A DNA stretch of 64,000 nt, taken from Haliotis cracherodii. Its lineage: Eukaryota. Where the stretch lies: the NCBI RefSeq assembly GCF_022045235.1, contig NW_027266293.1, forward strand, positions 620,001 through 684,000. Reading direction: 5' to 3'. Both the position numbers and the translations under genes were made by a program. Of this stretch, positions 1 through 13,588 are shown in pieces. The notes below the pieces were generated by a model. The model saw only the letters and a program-made list of their open reading frames with translations. It searched no databases and was not told the origin of the DNA. Every line of letters begins with the position of its first letter. Position 1 is the stretch's first letter.

Positions 1-179
1 ACTTAAAGTACATGTAGGTTTGTGTCACATTATGATGACTCGCGTGCCAGTCTGAAATCTGACCACTTTATGCGATCTAGTGACCTCTAAAGACCAGGAA
101 TAGATTGCTAGGGACCTTGAAATAGTGACATATGCAGAATCACATTGTCCTACTTATGATAAATGTTGAATCATTGGCA

Positions 180-660
180 CAATATCATAGTTTAGACGTT
201 ATCTACAGTAGAGAAACACTCAGGGCTTGCAACAAGCTGGCCATCCAAGTCTGACGTCACGTCAACATAACAACCATATTCGGTTGGTGCATCTACGGAA
301 TCAATACCGAACTGCTCCGTTAACAATTCTTGTGTTGAGAATTAGTGGCAGAACATTACGCGACCGGTTGAGAAAGCACAAGATCCGGCCCCAGCGTCCA
401 GCGATACGTCCAATTTTGCTTGGTGCAGACAGCATCTGAGGTTCCGAGGACACTACTGGGATAGTATACTGTTCAAGATGAATAAGAGTTTTATCTGGAC
501 TGATCTGATGGTCCTGCAAGGGTCTAAAGACGTCCAGGAGAACTCTGCTAAAAGAAGAGACGTTTGTTCTATTCCGACCATATAATGAGCATGTGTTTAT
601 GCATAAATTTCAAACAGTGACGACAGAAAGTGTTTGCGAAGATGTTGCGCATCATGCCAC
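180..660 (+). mobile_element. Decayed Tc1/mariner transposase fragment
   Basis: ORF 227-439 (IRLVHLRNQYRTA...RISGRTLRDRLRKHKIRPQRP) resembles the HTH region of the Tc1 copy at 12.4-13.4 kb. A broken W..ILF.DE-like segment follows. Boundaries approximate. Confidence 0.5.
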
Positions 661-1003
661 ATGGATGGCACTAGTCACAAACTGGTCACAATTGTCCACC
701 TAAAAAGACACATGAACTTATGGTACAAATCAAAATAATGAATTGCATCGGGCATCTTTTTTGTACCGCTGCGTCAAATTTACACGTCCACCATAAAACC
801 TTTTGAAAGCTTCCCGGAGGCCTTAAATGTTGTAATCTTGATCAAACAACTTCTGAGAATGAGTCGTGTGACACTTTTTGCAATCTTGGTATGAAGAGCA
901 TGCTCGATTGTACCTCAAAAGTGACAAGGGCTGGAGCTGATGGAATATTTCAAGAGTATTGCTCGATATACACAGATACGTATATGATTTCATATTAATT
1001 CAG

Positions 1004-1181
1004 ATTGAAAAACATGTTTGGGACGAAGTACATTTCTCCAAGAAAGTAGGCTGGGTTCTCACATTTGGGCTCTGTGTGCTGCAGCGGAAAGATGGACACT
1101 GGGACCCGAGCAATGCAGACCAGCTGCTAGACTACACCAACCAGAAAGGATATGACATCAAAGGCTTTGAAGTGTGCAATG
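1004..1181 (+). pseudogene. Orphan heparanase-like exon-3 relic
   Basis: VWDEVHFSKKVGWVLTFGLCVLQRKDGHWDPSNADQLLDYTNQKGYDIKGFEVCN aligns to exon 3 of genes A-C. FELGN has become FEVCN and the donor is lost (AATG|ac). Upstream exons may lie outside the window. Confidence 0.8.
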
Positions 1182-1392
1182 ACATTATGTTCTCCACGTT
1201 ACTTACACATGTAATTCACAAACTGAAATACGTGATTTCACCACAAAGTCCTTTTGGCTCCAAATGATAACGATGAATTGCAAAATAACTCAAAATCGGG
1301 AATAGTCTATTACATATCAAAGCAGTAAACTTCAATGAATACTCTGTACCCAACAATATCTGCTGTTTGTTATTATTATTCCCATCACTGGA

Positions 1393-1688
1393 CATGTAGG
1401 CAGCAGAATTATCGTAAGTCCTCATGGTACCTAGTATGGTGACCTACCTTTGGCTATTGGTGATCTATAGGCCATTTTTATTGTGTACTGTTATGGATTG
1501 TTACAAATTTTATTATGATATGCTAGTTTTACAATCTACATCTGTGATAGGCTAGTGTTTTTTCTGTCGTTTGTCGACAGATTATAATGTCTATTTTTAT
1601 ATATTATTGATTTACAACCTGATTTAGTAACGATATGGCTGAAATATTGCCGATGTGACTATGAAATCTTAACTCACTCACTCACTCA
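1393..1688 (+). mobile_element. 5'-truncated non-LTR retroelement 3' end with (CACT)n tail
   Basis: Flanked by a perfect 12-bp TSD cccatcactgga (1381-1392, 1689-1700). A related copy lies in the opposite orientation at 5331-5585. Confidence 0.7.
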
Positions 1689-1854
1689 CCCATCACTGGA
1701 AAAAGTTGTTCAGAAACTATCATATTGTTGTGTGTACACGTTGACATATTGAACGTTGGGGACGCAACGGTAGGAGGAACAGCGAAAACAAGTACTGAAC
1801 GTGCTACATAGTAAACGTCGTTGTTGACTGACTACTTGCTTGCTTGCTTCCTTG

Positions 1855-2123
1855 TTTGTTTGTTTGTTTGCTGTTTGACACTGCACTCAGCAATAGTCCA
1901 GCTATATGACGGTGGTCTGTAAATAGTCGAGTCTGGACTAGACAATCCACTGATTGGCATCATGAACATCGATCCACGCAATTGGGATACGATGACATGC
2001 ATTAACCAAGTCAGCTAGCCTGACCACCCGATCCCGTTAGTCGCCTCTTAGGACAAGCATAGTCGCCTTTTACGGCAAGCATGGGTTGCTGAGGACCTAT
2101 TCTTCCCCGGATCATCACGGGTC
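1855..2123 (-). mobile_element. SINE-like family 1 (non-tRNA head acccgtgaagatccggg..., (AAAC/AACC)n tail)
   Basis: ~265-bp repeat. Other copies or partials at ~4755, 8020, 8313-8553, 10421-10863, 11243-11530, 27597-27770, 33377-33629, 34449-34726, 42165, 45943-46095, 51934-52165, 58395-58657 and 60940. Confidence 0.85.
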
Positions 2124-2337
2124 TTTGCGAAAAGATGAGCGTATCCTGCTCCAGTACTGGCATCAATCATGAGCAGTTCATTTCTGATTTAAAAAATTCC
2201 ATCATCGAACTGAAGTAAACCAGTTGTTTTATCAGTTTATCAGCAGTTTGTCATTGACACGAGGTCAGTCGTTCACATTAAATGGTATACTTCTTTATAC
2301 AGATACACATTAACATACATGCAGTGCTGAGGACACC

Positions 2338-5300
2338 ATGACTGTGACACGTGTGCTCGTTATACTCTGCTCCTTACATGTGCAATGTATAGTGGGTCAG
2401 TCTGTTTCTGTCACTGTTGCTACAGACAAGGAAATAGCAACGATAGATGACCATTTCGTTGGAGTGACAATTGATTCAGCAGAGATACCAATAGCTTTTA
2501 ACTGGGGAGGACTGGATTTACGGTGAGTGTATTAGTTTATTTATGTAGTTTACTGTAGAGAGGATATTTCATGTGTCGAGTGAAATATCACGGGTGAAAA
2601 GGAGATATCTCCTTTTCCTCCGTCACGCGATGAGAGAAATATAATATTTTACGAGACATAAGGAATATTCTTTTTATTTGATACTTTTTGTGTAGTTTGT
2701 CTGCCGGTAAATATTTCATTACAAATGTAAAAACTTGAAACGTAAATTCTCCCTACCTAACACACAGGGATGGTTCACCACGCCTTGTATTTGCAACTGG
2801 AGAAGTGGTTTCGTGTTTGCATAATCTTTAAAAAATATGAAGAAAAGAAGCAAGACATTTTTAGCGGCCCGAAACGTCTCTATCACACATATAGATATGG
2901 TTATATACAAAATCAACTTTAACAAAAAATATACTTGAAAACTACCAAACCGCTGTTGGAAGCGAAATAATACACGCTTGTCAAGAAACAAAACAGCGCT
3001 TTGCGAAACGAAAAGTCTCGATTGACGAGTTAAGTGGAAATTTACAGTATATAACGAAACAGTCTTTAAGAGAATAACGAACGACCTGAAGCGATATTAC
3101 CTCCATAAATGGCAACAGTGAAATATCAAGTGTTATGTTCAGTGCAGTGAAATATCAATTGCTATGTTCACTGCAAAGAAAATATCAAACTCAGTCTTTC
3201 ACACTTAAGTATATGATAAAACATTATACACTCGTGCCTCGTTTATACGGACACTTGCGTCATTTCACAATTCGTCCGTATAAACGAATTTCCGTATAAC
3301 TGAAACCTGCTTCTTACTGGAAGAGTTAATGGAAGAGCGGCATTGTCCATTAAAAGAATAACACGCCTACCTCGAAAACACTTCTGCCTGTCAAAGGGCT
3401 GCAACAAATCAGAAAAGAGTTCTGATGTCATCCACGCTTTTGTATTGTTGCGGTACCTGACATGAAGCTAGGGATTGTAACAACCACTGAAACATCGGGG
3501 TCGTCGAGCTTTTCCTATCACAAATGGCTTAACTTTCTCAGAACCGTCTGCATTCGCACACAGAGCCACACTAACAGGCTCCTTGGATCGTTTCGTACCA
3601 CTAACAGGCTTGGACGCAAGTGTCTGATTTGGTCCCAACTTAAAAAACCATGTATATCATACGAATATGGTGAATAATCGTTCGCGTTTGAAAAAGAACA
3701 AATCATTTTGATGATATTTTATTTGAAATTAATTTTCTAGTTCACCCAAAGTGCGGACGCTTGCTAAGGCGTTATCCCCGAGCTATCTGAGAATAGGCGG
3801 AACTGCTGGAGACTTCAATACCTTTGACCCAACGGGTCATGGGGGTACAAGTGCAAACTCCACTTTTACTGGTATGTTTATATGACTTATATGATAAATA
3901 TGATACATCGTTTTGGGAGTATTCAATGCCAGAAAAATGAATGATGTTCAACTTGGTCATAACATTCATCAAGTGATAAGGTTCCTTCACCGTGACATCG
4001 TTTTGAGTCGTTAGGGATTTACACTGCTTATAATAATCCTGACGCCATCGAGAGTCTGTGAAATCTGCAGTTAAGGTAGAGCAGAGGTCTCAAGAATTGT
4101 CACAGTCAATGATTAGGAATGTAATCTGTACTGAATCCTGCTTTAACTGCTGTAGTAAGATCATATGCAAACCCCTGACATTGATTCCGTCAGTAAGTAT
4201 AAGGTAAAATATAGCTGAAAGCAGCAATGTCGGGCTCCGTTGACACAAAAGCACGGCCTTGGGATTTTGGTGGTATCTGGAACGCAACTTTCTACATACG
4301 CAAACAACATTTGAACATAATCGGGCAAATGAGTGGACGAGAAGCGGTGCTTACACAATGGTGTGGGCGTGGACGACACAAAACGACAGTTTCAATACCA
4401 CTAGCGCTGAGCAAATGAGCTTCAGTAACTGCTTGAATGAAGGAAGGAATTGACTTTACTGCCGTTCCTGCGGACGCTCAAACGTAGCCAAAGACGGGAA
4501 CCCGAAGCCCGCTTAGCAAGGGCTCTCCGACTCGGTTTGGGTTGACACGGCCGCTCGCTGACTCGGCTTATGTAGCACACGGTGTAGAACACCAGGAACC
4601 GCCGCTATGAAATTGGCGTGTGCCAGTGTGTCCAGGGTTGTTCTACAGAGTGTTCCTCCATGTTAGAATCCTCGAAGGGTTTGCTTGTACCAATGCTATC
4701 CAACGTAAGGCCCCGAAGCAAATGCCTATTGGAAAATGAATACATGCATCAACCAATGCAGCAAGAATGACCACCCGATACCGAAAGTCACCGCTTACGA
4801 CAAGACAAGCATGGGTTTGCTGAAGACCAGTTCTAAACCTGTTCTTCACGGGTAATATACATAAAACGGACGACATTTGCGACAAGATTGTGTATTGCTC
4901 TTGGCTCTCTAATTAGCCAGCGAACGGGGGTTAAACTATAATTGTGGGGCGCTTATTAGAAGTAGTACTCAATTAGAGTACTAACTTGAATCAAACATAA
5001 CATAACATTTGCAATGCAAACAAAACCAAAACAGATATGATATTTAACGTAAAATTTATGAGAAATAAATTATCAAAATCAAAATCCAATATGTCCGCTA
5101 CTAAAAAGATATCCCAAACCTGCAATCCATATTTGATGTGGCATGTATTGAGAAAATTCTCAGAGGGTTTGGAAGCTTTTTATGCAGTTGATTCAGAGAG
5201 TATGGATGTAAAGACATGTACCAAACCACACTGTGAAACCTTGAATCCAATATGGCGACTAAACCACGTGACCGATGACCAAAGACAAAGAACAAAAAAT

Positions 5301-8300
5301 GTCAAGCACCTAAAGCAGCAAACACATTCAGAGTGAGTGAGTGAGTGAAATTTAACGTCACATCTGCAATACTTTAGCCATATCGTAACGAAACAATTAT
5401 AATAATTATATTTAGATTAAAAAAGGTGCCAACGATGGACAGAAGTATAACTATAGTATCACATTTTCTATTTTACAACTAGTTGAGAACAGTTAAAAGA
5501 ATACACTTTCAATCGGGCTAAAATTGGGCTATAGATCACCAGTAACCAAAGTAAGGCCACCTTACTTGGGACCGTGGGGACTTACCATTCAAAGAGTGTA
5601 AGTAATCAGACCAGCGATTGCAGACAGTAGGGCGACATATATCATCAAAACCTACTTGTTTTTAGTTATCTGCCCTTCGTCATTGTGCCTACGGATTTTG
5701 GCGGAAGCTAGTATCTTGTGGTAATTTTTTGCTATCCCTGGTCCAAAAATCAGTTTACACTGATTACAATAGGCCAATGTTCAAAATTGAACTCCGTGTC
5801 AATCAATGATCTGCTTTACATTTGTTTAAATGAATATTTATTGTTTTCAAAAGAAGGACATATAGGGGTTATCACATGTGTGTTTTGGGATGGTAAATAT
5901 GTTCTATGAGGAATGAACATTGTACTTAAAAAGTACATAGTTTTTAACATCCAAGCTCAAACAACCACGATAGCCACTTTATATTATAATGTTTTTCATG
6001 AATCTATATCGAAACTTTCCTTTGAATGTGCGCACTAAAATATTAGGTCGCAATGCCAGTGATTAGTCAGTCGAAACAGGCAGTGAAGATATTTGTTTTC
6101 TGACACCGATATTCGGTTTCGATAGCGACATGCTTCTAAAAGCGTTTCTGCACGTGAACACTATCTTCGGAGAGAGGCATACCCGGACGTTGGTTTTGTG
6201 GTGGTATCTAACTTAAACTAAGACGGTCAGTGTGTCTTTCGAGAACATTTCTATTGAACTGAACAAAGAATGACTTCTTAATATTAATTCTGACTCGATC
6301 GCTGATAAAGAAGAGCGACGCCATGTTTGTTCGCAAAGACTGAGTACCTACATGTACGTGACATTATGTTACTTGTTTATCCGGGTTTATATATCCATTG
6401 GCTTCATTCCGCTGAGAAATGTACCCATAAAAAATCTATTTTATCATTGAGGTGCCATATGGGACAATCTGAATGACTTTGTGAGGGCCGTGGGATGGGA
6501 CTTGGTGTTTGGCCTCAATGTATTGAAGCGGAAAGACGGACAGTGGGACCCTGAAAACGCCAAAGAACTGATGAGCTATAGCTATGCCAGGAACTACAAG
6601 ATGCCCGCATTTGAACTCGGAAATGGTAACAGTTCTACAGCTCATTGAATAGAACATACAACGTAACATATTTGTGGATGATATTATACTTCACCAAGTA
6701 TGTATAGTTGTACCTAGGTCATTCCTCCGTATTTACTACTTATGCGCGTTATTCTTCAATCTCAAAGTCAAAAAGTGTAGAGCATGACGAACATATGTAC
6801 TGTAACGACCATAATCATATTCTTGATATTATAATCTAGTTTCTTTGGTCTCTAGAACCTGAATATTTCCCCGAACCCTTCACCAATACAATTTCTGGAG
6901 CACAGCTTGGGCGAGATTTTGTCCATCTTAGGGAAATCCTCAAGTCTACTCCTGGGTTCGAATCCACGCTGGTGATTGGACCAGATGTAACAGGTATCTC
7001 AGGACCGAGATCCATATTGTTCGAGAAGTAAGTAGAAACGTGCAAAACAGTGTTCAAAATTGTATCTGGGTTAGAGCATCATCATGGGGGTTGTTAAATT
7101 AAAATTAAAATGTGATGCCTCATGGTACACAACTGCTATATTACAGCAATGTGATAAACGATATATAGATGACCCATGCACCACTCCAGTACATCATATT
7201 CAGTCCCATGTCCCATGTTCCATACCGAAAACGGATTTTGAAACGAGTTTGATACTGGGATTCCTATTGACTATTTTACAGTTTCTTCAAAGGTGAAGGA
7301 AGCAAAGCTGTTGACAGAATCACCTTTCACCAGTGAGTTTTAAGCTATTTCAGTTTCTTACTTTTTTATCTAATTATGTGTTTGTAACCACACATGTAAC
7401 GGCACTACGTTTGTCAACCATTGCAGTAGGGACACCTAAAAATGAACTTTTCTTTGCGTTGGATTTGAAATGTTTGAATGTTTAGGTACTATGCCTACGA
7501 AGTCGGTGTTACAGTGGACACCTGTCTCAATCCCAAGGTGCTGGACAGCCTGATATCTGACATCCATAGAGTGCGTAACGTCACCGCTCCCTCCAACCCC
7601 GACACTCCCGTTTGGCTTGGGGAGACATCGTCCTTCTATGGCGGGGGAGCACCTGATATATCTGATAGATATGTTGCAGGTTTTCTGTGAGTATTGTCTG
7701 TCTACTTTATTTTCGTAGCGAAACGAATTTGTAGTGCGCGAGTTGGGGGCTGAGTAACTTACGCCGCTTTAAGCACTATTCAATCAATATCACGGCAGGG
7801 AACACCAGAAATGGTCTTCATAGAAGTTTCCAATGTGAGGATTTCGAACCTGGGTCTACAGAGTGACGACCGAATGGTTTATCAATTGGCCACTTTATAG
7901 TGCATTGATGTTCGCTTACGAGACAGTTAGAAACTATAGGGGTGCGGATTGTAAAGAAGGTATTCTAGGCAATCAGTCAATTGCCTGAATGGCAACCACC
8001 TGATCCTCATGCGCATTGTATCCCAATTGCGTGGATCGATGCTCATGTCAATCAATGGATTGTCTGGTCCAGACTCGATTATTTACAGACCGCCGCCATA
8101 TAGCTGGAATATTGCTGTGTGCGGACTTGAATAAAAAACAACCAAACCAAACTCATGCTGCTGAGGTTATATTTAGTACCAGCTTCCCTCCGGGTATTGA
8201 CCATATGGACCTGGACATTGCAGAATACACAGACACACATAAAAGACTGAGGATACAGTTGGTATACATTCTTGTCTTGTTAATGATGTTGAAGCAGGAG

Positions 8301-10131
8301 TAAGCTGAACGCCGCTCCCAGCAATATTCCAGCCATATGACGGCTTCCTGTAAATAATCGAGTCTGGACCTGACAGTGCAGTGACTGATATCATGAGCAT
8401 CGATCCACGCAATTGGGATCGATGACATGCATCAACCAAGTCAGCTCGCCTGACCACCCGATCCCGTTAGTCGCCTCTTAGGACAAGCATAGTCGCCTTT
8501 TACGGCAAGCATGGGTTGCTGAGGACCTATTCTTCCCCGGATCTTCACGGGTCAGCTGAATGTGTGATTCCCAAGGTTAGAAGACAATATTTGTTTTCGG
8601 AGTTGCCAAAATGAATGAATGTGCACGACGACATGGATAGTCTAATGAACGCAAAATCGTCTCCTCCATTTCATTTGTTCAACTCGCTTTGAACATGAAA
8701 CATAAATGTTTTGATTTACACTTACCTGGACTATTAATGATATGAATATTTCAGATGGTTAGACAAGCTCGGGGTTGCTTCAAGGATGGGACTTAAAGGG
8801 GTTTTGAGACAATCGTACTATGGACAAAATTATTCTCTGATCGAACCGCACACGTTTGAACCTTATCCGGTAGGTACAAATATGATATCATCTTGTTCCA
8901 TTAGGACTGACTAAAACTCATCTTTGCAAAATACGTTAATACAGTAAGAAATACTTTGTCAGTTTATCTAATGTATCTGACTTGAACTGTAGAGACATCA
9001 TTTGATATCGTGAAATTTTCTATCTATTTTTACGTAGCCAATTTATGGTTCAGTGTGTCCAGTATTTGATCATTATTGGTAAACCTGCTACCCTGTCACC
9101 CGCTCAGGACCCTAACTTTCATGTGATAAATCTGAGTGTGCTCGTTGCGTGAAAATTGTCACTTTCCAGGACTACTGGCTGACCTTGCTCTACAAGAGAC
9201 TGGTTGGTAATAAGGTCTTATCCGTGCAGACCAACTCAAGCAACAGTTTCAGGGTCTACGCCCACTGTGCCAGACAGAACAGGTACACAGTTGGAATTTG
9301 CTGATGGGGTAGTCAGTATGCAGGAGACAAATATCTATGTTTCAGTCACTTCCTCTTTAAATTCAATCATCAACATAAAGAACATCTAACATATCTGCAC
9401 TGTCGTCACACGTTTTCTTGAGGTGCTTGTAATTTAATGACTCCGAATTCTGATGTGCTTAACCATATTAACCATTTTTTTGTCCAACAATGTTCCACAT
9501 ATTTTGTTCACAGCGTGTACAACTACAAGCCGGGTAGTGTTGTAGTCTACATCGTCAACGTCAACATCTATACCACCGTCGTCACCTTTCCACAATTCCA
9601 AAAGAATATGGATCTCTTCTGGCTCAGACCAGAGTTCATAGAGCTTACTTCGAGGCAAGTATAGGGATACGTGATGTCACAAAGAAACTATTCAGAACAC
9701 TTTAAACACTTTGTAACAGAGGCTAACGTCGGTCGGGTTTGCCAATATTTCATGCCATAGAGATGAAAATAATAATAATAATAACACCTATCAATAACGC
9801 TTCGTCCTTGCCTTTACATTACGCGCTACATAGATAAAAGTGACCTATAATGTCACGTTCATTTTATTAACCATTGTAATCCGAATAGCTGATGTGTTGT
9901 CGTCGTTTGGGAAGTGGTTGGCGTCTTATTGGCACAGATATACCGTTTGATATATGACACTGACAATGTAATTTCAGGAATGTGACACTAAATGGTAAAC
10001 GACTGGATTATGTGAACAACACCATCCCTGACATGCCCCCTCAAAAGGCCTATGGCGGGCTCCTCATGCTGCCAGCTAGGACCTTTGGGTTTGCCGTGTT
10101 CCCTGATGCGGATGTTGATATCTGCAAGTGA
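2338..10131 (+). CDS. Heparanase-like GH79 glycoside hydrolase, paralog A (10 exons, 478 aa)
   Basis: Exons 2338-2522, 3741-3871, 6452-6625, 6856-7027, 7282-7332, 7486-7686, 8755-8869, 9170-9282, 9514-9654 and 9978-10131 join into 1437 nt without an internal stop. Motifs: signal peptide, FVGVTID, LRIGGT, FELGNEP (acid/base Glu), TFHQYY, WLGETSS (nucleophile), [20 protein letters not shown]. Intron 9 is GC-AG; the exon-3 acceptor is GAG. Confidence 0.92.
5331..5585 (-). mobile_element. Non-LTR retroelement 3' end, same family as 1393-1688
   Basis: The reverse complement matches gtaagtcc...ttggtgatctatag and ends in a (CACT)n tail. Confidence 0.6.
8313..8553 (-). mobile_element. SINE-like family 1 copy
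   Basis: Near-identical to 1855-2123 over ~240 bp. Confidence 0.85.
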
Positions 10132-10420
10132 TGATGACTGGTATTAGTTGTAATGTGTTCCACATTAAACCAATGTTACATTACAAATCTTTGTTTTTAT
10201 TTTCTTGTTGGCATTCCGCACTCGTGCACATATTATATATAATGATTACAGTAATAGGCAATACTAGACGAGTACTGAAGGCACATATGTTAAAAACCAA
10301 CACACACACTTAAAGTATACAGAATCCGCTTTCAATAAATGCCACAGCCCCATCAACACAATGTCCGCTTTGAATTAGATGCAAGGAAGAGTGGTCCTGG
10401 AGAATGATACCTAACGTCCT

Positions 10421-10863
10421 AGGTTGGTTTGTTGTTTAACGCCGCACTCAGCAGTATTGCAGGTATAGGACGGCGGCCTGTAAATAATCGAGTCTGGACC
10501 AGACAATCCAGTGATTGACATCATGAACATCGATCCATGCAATTGGGATCGATGACATTTTTTCAACCAAGTCAGTGAGCCTGACCACCCGAATCCGTTA
10601 GTCTCACGGCAAGCCAAGTCGCCTTTCGCGGCAGGCATGGGTTGCTGAAGACCTATTCTATCCCGGATCATCACGGGTCTTGCGAAAAGGTCAGCGTATC
10701 CTGCTCCAGTACTGGCATCCATCATGAGCAGTTCATTTCTGATTTAAAAAATCCCATCATCGAACTGAAGTAAACCAGCTGTTTTATCAGTTTATCAGCA
10801 GTTTGTCAATGACACGAGGTCAGTCGTTGCTGAAGACCTATTCTAACCCGGATCTTCACGGGT
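10421..10863 (-). mobile_element. Composite family-1 SINE carrying ~150 bp of gene A upstream DNA
   Basis: TSD taacgtcct (10412-10420, 10864-10872). The internal 10680-10828 segment matches 2124-2273. Confidence 0.8.
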
Positions 10864-11242
10864 TAACGTCCTGGGTGACAGTGTCCAAAGGTATCAATGC
10901 CAGATGTTAGGAATAGATATCTGACTATACGTTTTGCTTTCTACAATGGTATCTGGTACACACATGCCTACCTGTTAGGAACATGTGTCTTCGACATGAA
11001 GCCAATGCTTCGATTATTACGCATCTATCACATGGCAGAGAATTGGCTATCACAGCTAAATATTTACATTCAGTACTGTTTATTATTACCCTAATATATG
11101 CACCGTGATCATTGCATGTGTTATGCACGCGGTCGTATTTACAATATCTCTGTTTTAACCCCCTGATCTATAGGTAATGTATCCAATAATGTTCGTTTAA
11201 ATTACTAGATATAGCTATACCTGTTACTGCAACGATAGACGG

Positions 11243-11530
11243 GAAGATCCTGGGTAAAACAGATCTTCAGCAACCATTGTTTGCGGTAAAAGGCGACTAT
11301 GCTTGTCGTAAGAGGCGGCTAACGGGATTGGTGGTTAGGCTCGCTGACTTGGTTGATGCATGTCATCGTATCCCAATTGCGTGGATCGATGCTCATGACA
11401 TCAATCACTGGATTGTCTGGTTCAGACTCGATTATTTACAGACCGCCGCCGCATGACATATGGTGGGTTCTGACGTCAAGCTGAGACGCCATGATATAAC
11501 TGAAATATTGTTCAAATGCGCGTTAAACCA
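11243..11530 (+). mobile_element. SINE-like family 1 copy
   Basis: Matches the family consensus from aagatcc to ...cgttaaaccaaac. Confidence 0.75.
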
Positions 11531-11683
11531 AACTGACGGACGTTATGATAAACGTAGCATGAGCTTAGATTTATGTTTTGTTGTGGCGGGATGGGGTGGG
11601 TAGTGTAAGTGTGACATGCTTTCAGGCATTGTTGATATTGATGACCTGATGTGTTTCTACTACAGATCCATTTTGACATTCAG

Positions 11684-11814
11684 GTCGCCACAGTTAAAGA
11701 CCCTTGCTCGTGCGTTTCCTCCCTGCATTCTCCGCACTGGGGGCACGGATGCTGATGGTGTAACGTTCACCCCAAGTCTGCAGGCACCAAATGTATCTAA
11801 CAGTGTACTCACAG
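11684..11814 (+). pseudogene. Orphan heparanase-like exon 2
   Basis: cag|GTCGCCA...CACAG|gtgac is 131 nt, phase 2/1, like exon 2 of A, B and C. It encodes SPQLKTLARAFPPCILRTGGTDADGVTFTP. No partner exons were found nearby. Confidence 0.8.
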
Positions 11815-12055
11815 GTGACAAGTGCATGTAATTACATACTGTTTTGTAAATACTGATACATGTAGACTATTTGGGGGTAAAATGGTCAGTGAATGTACCT
11901 TTTTATCACAGCATCAATACTCAATCGAAAGAAGAATTACGGACGTACACACTCAAATACTCAGTATCAAATCATTTAATAGCTAACAGTGATGTTTGGT
12001 TGTTGGGTAAAACTCTGCAAAAAATAGAAACAGAAAAGCAGTAAAATTGTAAATA

Positions 12056-13588
12056 TACTATTCCAAAAAAGAAACGCATAGGTGCTTCTGAAAAATTCCT
12101 CTGATCAAAGAATATGTCAACTGAATCGATAAAATATGTTATAAATCTGTTTATAGGAGACTTCTGTGCAAAACTGTATTTAAAAAAAACACCAAATCGC
12201 AAAACGTTGTGTTTGATAAGACGTTTTACAAATTTCTGAAAACACATCACCAAAACGAAACCAAACTCATTTTGCACGTGCAAATTGGGCCATGAGTTGC
12301 ATGCTGTATCTGTCTATAAAAAGCCATGTCGCATTCGAATTGTGAAATCAGTTTTGAAGAGTTTCACGACGGAATCATTGTGCCACGTCTAGACGCTGCG
12401 ACTCGCAATATCGCCTTTGGAAGACTAGGGGCTGGTGAGTCACAATCTTCAGTTGCAAGACGTCTAAATGTAAGCCAAAGTATGATTTCTCGACTCACGC
12501 AACACGCTTCAACCTTACGGATACCACAAACGACCGTCCACGCACCGGAAGACCTCGAGTCACCACAGCGGCTCAGGATCGCTACATCCGGGTCCTCCAT
12601 TTACGTGATCGTACTGTTACAGCTGAGAGCACAGCGGCCAGGGTGCCTCGACTTCGAAGGATATCGGGGCAAACAGTACGGAACAGACTGAGAGAGGCTG
12701 GACTGAGAGCCCGGAGACCCTACTTCGGGAACGTGTTACGACGTCGGCATTGCGTCCAACGTCTCCGCTGGTGCAATAACATGTCGGCCTGGAACTTACG
12801 AAACTGGAGGCGCATATGGTTCAGCGATGAATCTAGGTTTCTTCTTCAGAGACGGGATGGACGAAACAGAGTTTACAGACGGGTCCATGAACGTTATGCT
12901 CCTAACTGTGTACGTCAAGTGGACAGATTCGGTGGAGGAAGTGTCATGATGTGGGCGGCGATATCCTACACCAACCGTACTATTCTTATCCATGTCCAAG
13001 GAAACCTGACGGCTGTGCGCTATAGGGACAATATTCTTCAGCAACACTTTCTCCCAGTCATTGACGTCCGACGGGAGTTATTCCAGCAAGACAACGCCAG
13101 GCCACATACAGCACGTGTCACCATGGAGAAGCTGGCAAATAACAACATTCCTGTGCTCCCCTGGCCATCTCGTTCCCCGGATCTCAAACCAATAGAACAT
13201 CTTTGAGATGAATTTGATCGGCGTCTACGTCAGCGTATACGTCAACCTCAAACTCTTCAGGAGTTAGCTACATTTCTTCAGCAGGAGTGGAGGAAAATTC
13301 CTCAACCAGTTATACAGCGTCTGATCCAGTCCATGACGAGGCGGGACCGAACTGATATTCGTGCACGTGGTGGACATAACAGGTACTGACACTTCTGTAG
13401 ATGCTGAACAAAATCATGACTGTTTAGCCTGTGGTGTTCATTATAATCGTATACACACGTGGTTCTGCCATGTGCACGTCAAATTTCAGCCTCCTGAGTA
13501 TGTTTGTTGAATAGTTATAAACTAATAGTTGAATTAGACCTTTGTCTCTTCAGATTTCTGCCTTATGCGTTTCATTTTTGGAATAGTA
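12056..13588 (+). mobile_element. Full-length but inactive Tc1 (DD34E) DNA transposon
   Basis: TIRs tactattccaaaaaagaaacgcata / tatgcgtttcatttttggaatagta, flanked by TA. Confidence 0.9.
12380..13389 (+). pseudogene. Tc1 transposase pseudogene
   Basis: GTG instead of ATG, a frameshift near 12500 and TGA at 13204-13206. Motifs WFSDES, FQQDNARPH and SPDLKPIE (D34E spacing), with C-terminal ARGGHNRY. Confidence 0.9.

Noticed and set aside
2560-3240. Possible non-autonomous DNA element with gtgaaatatca repeats (similar impression at 53590-54310)
   Set aside because: No TIR, TSD or coding evidence I could verify.
3243-5909. Numerous 60-100 aa ORFs in introns and SINEs
   Set aside because: No recognisable motifs; expected by chance, and several recur only because they overlap SINE copies.
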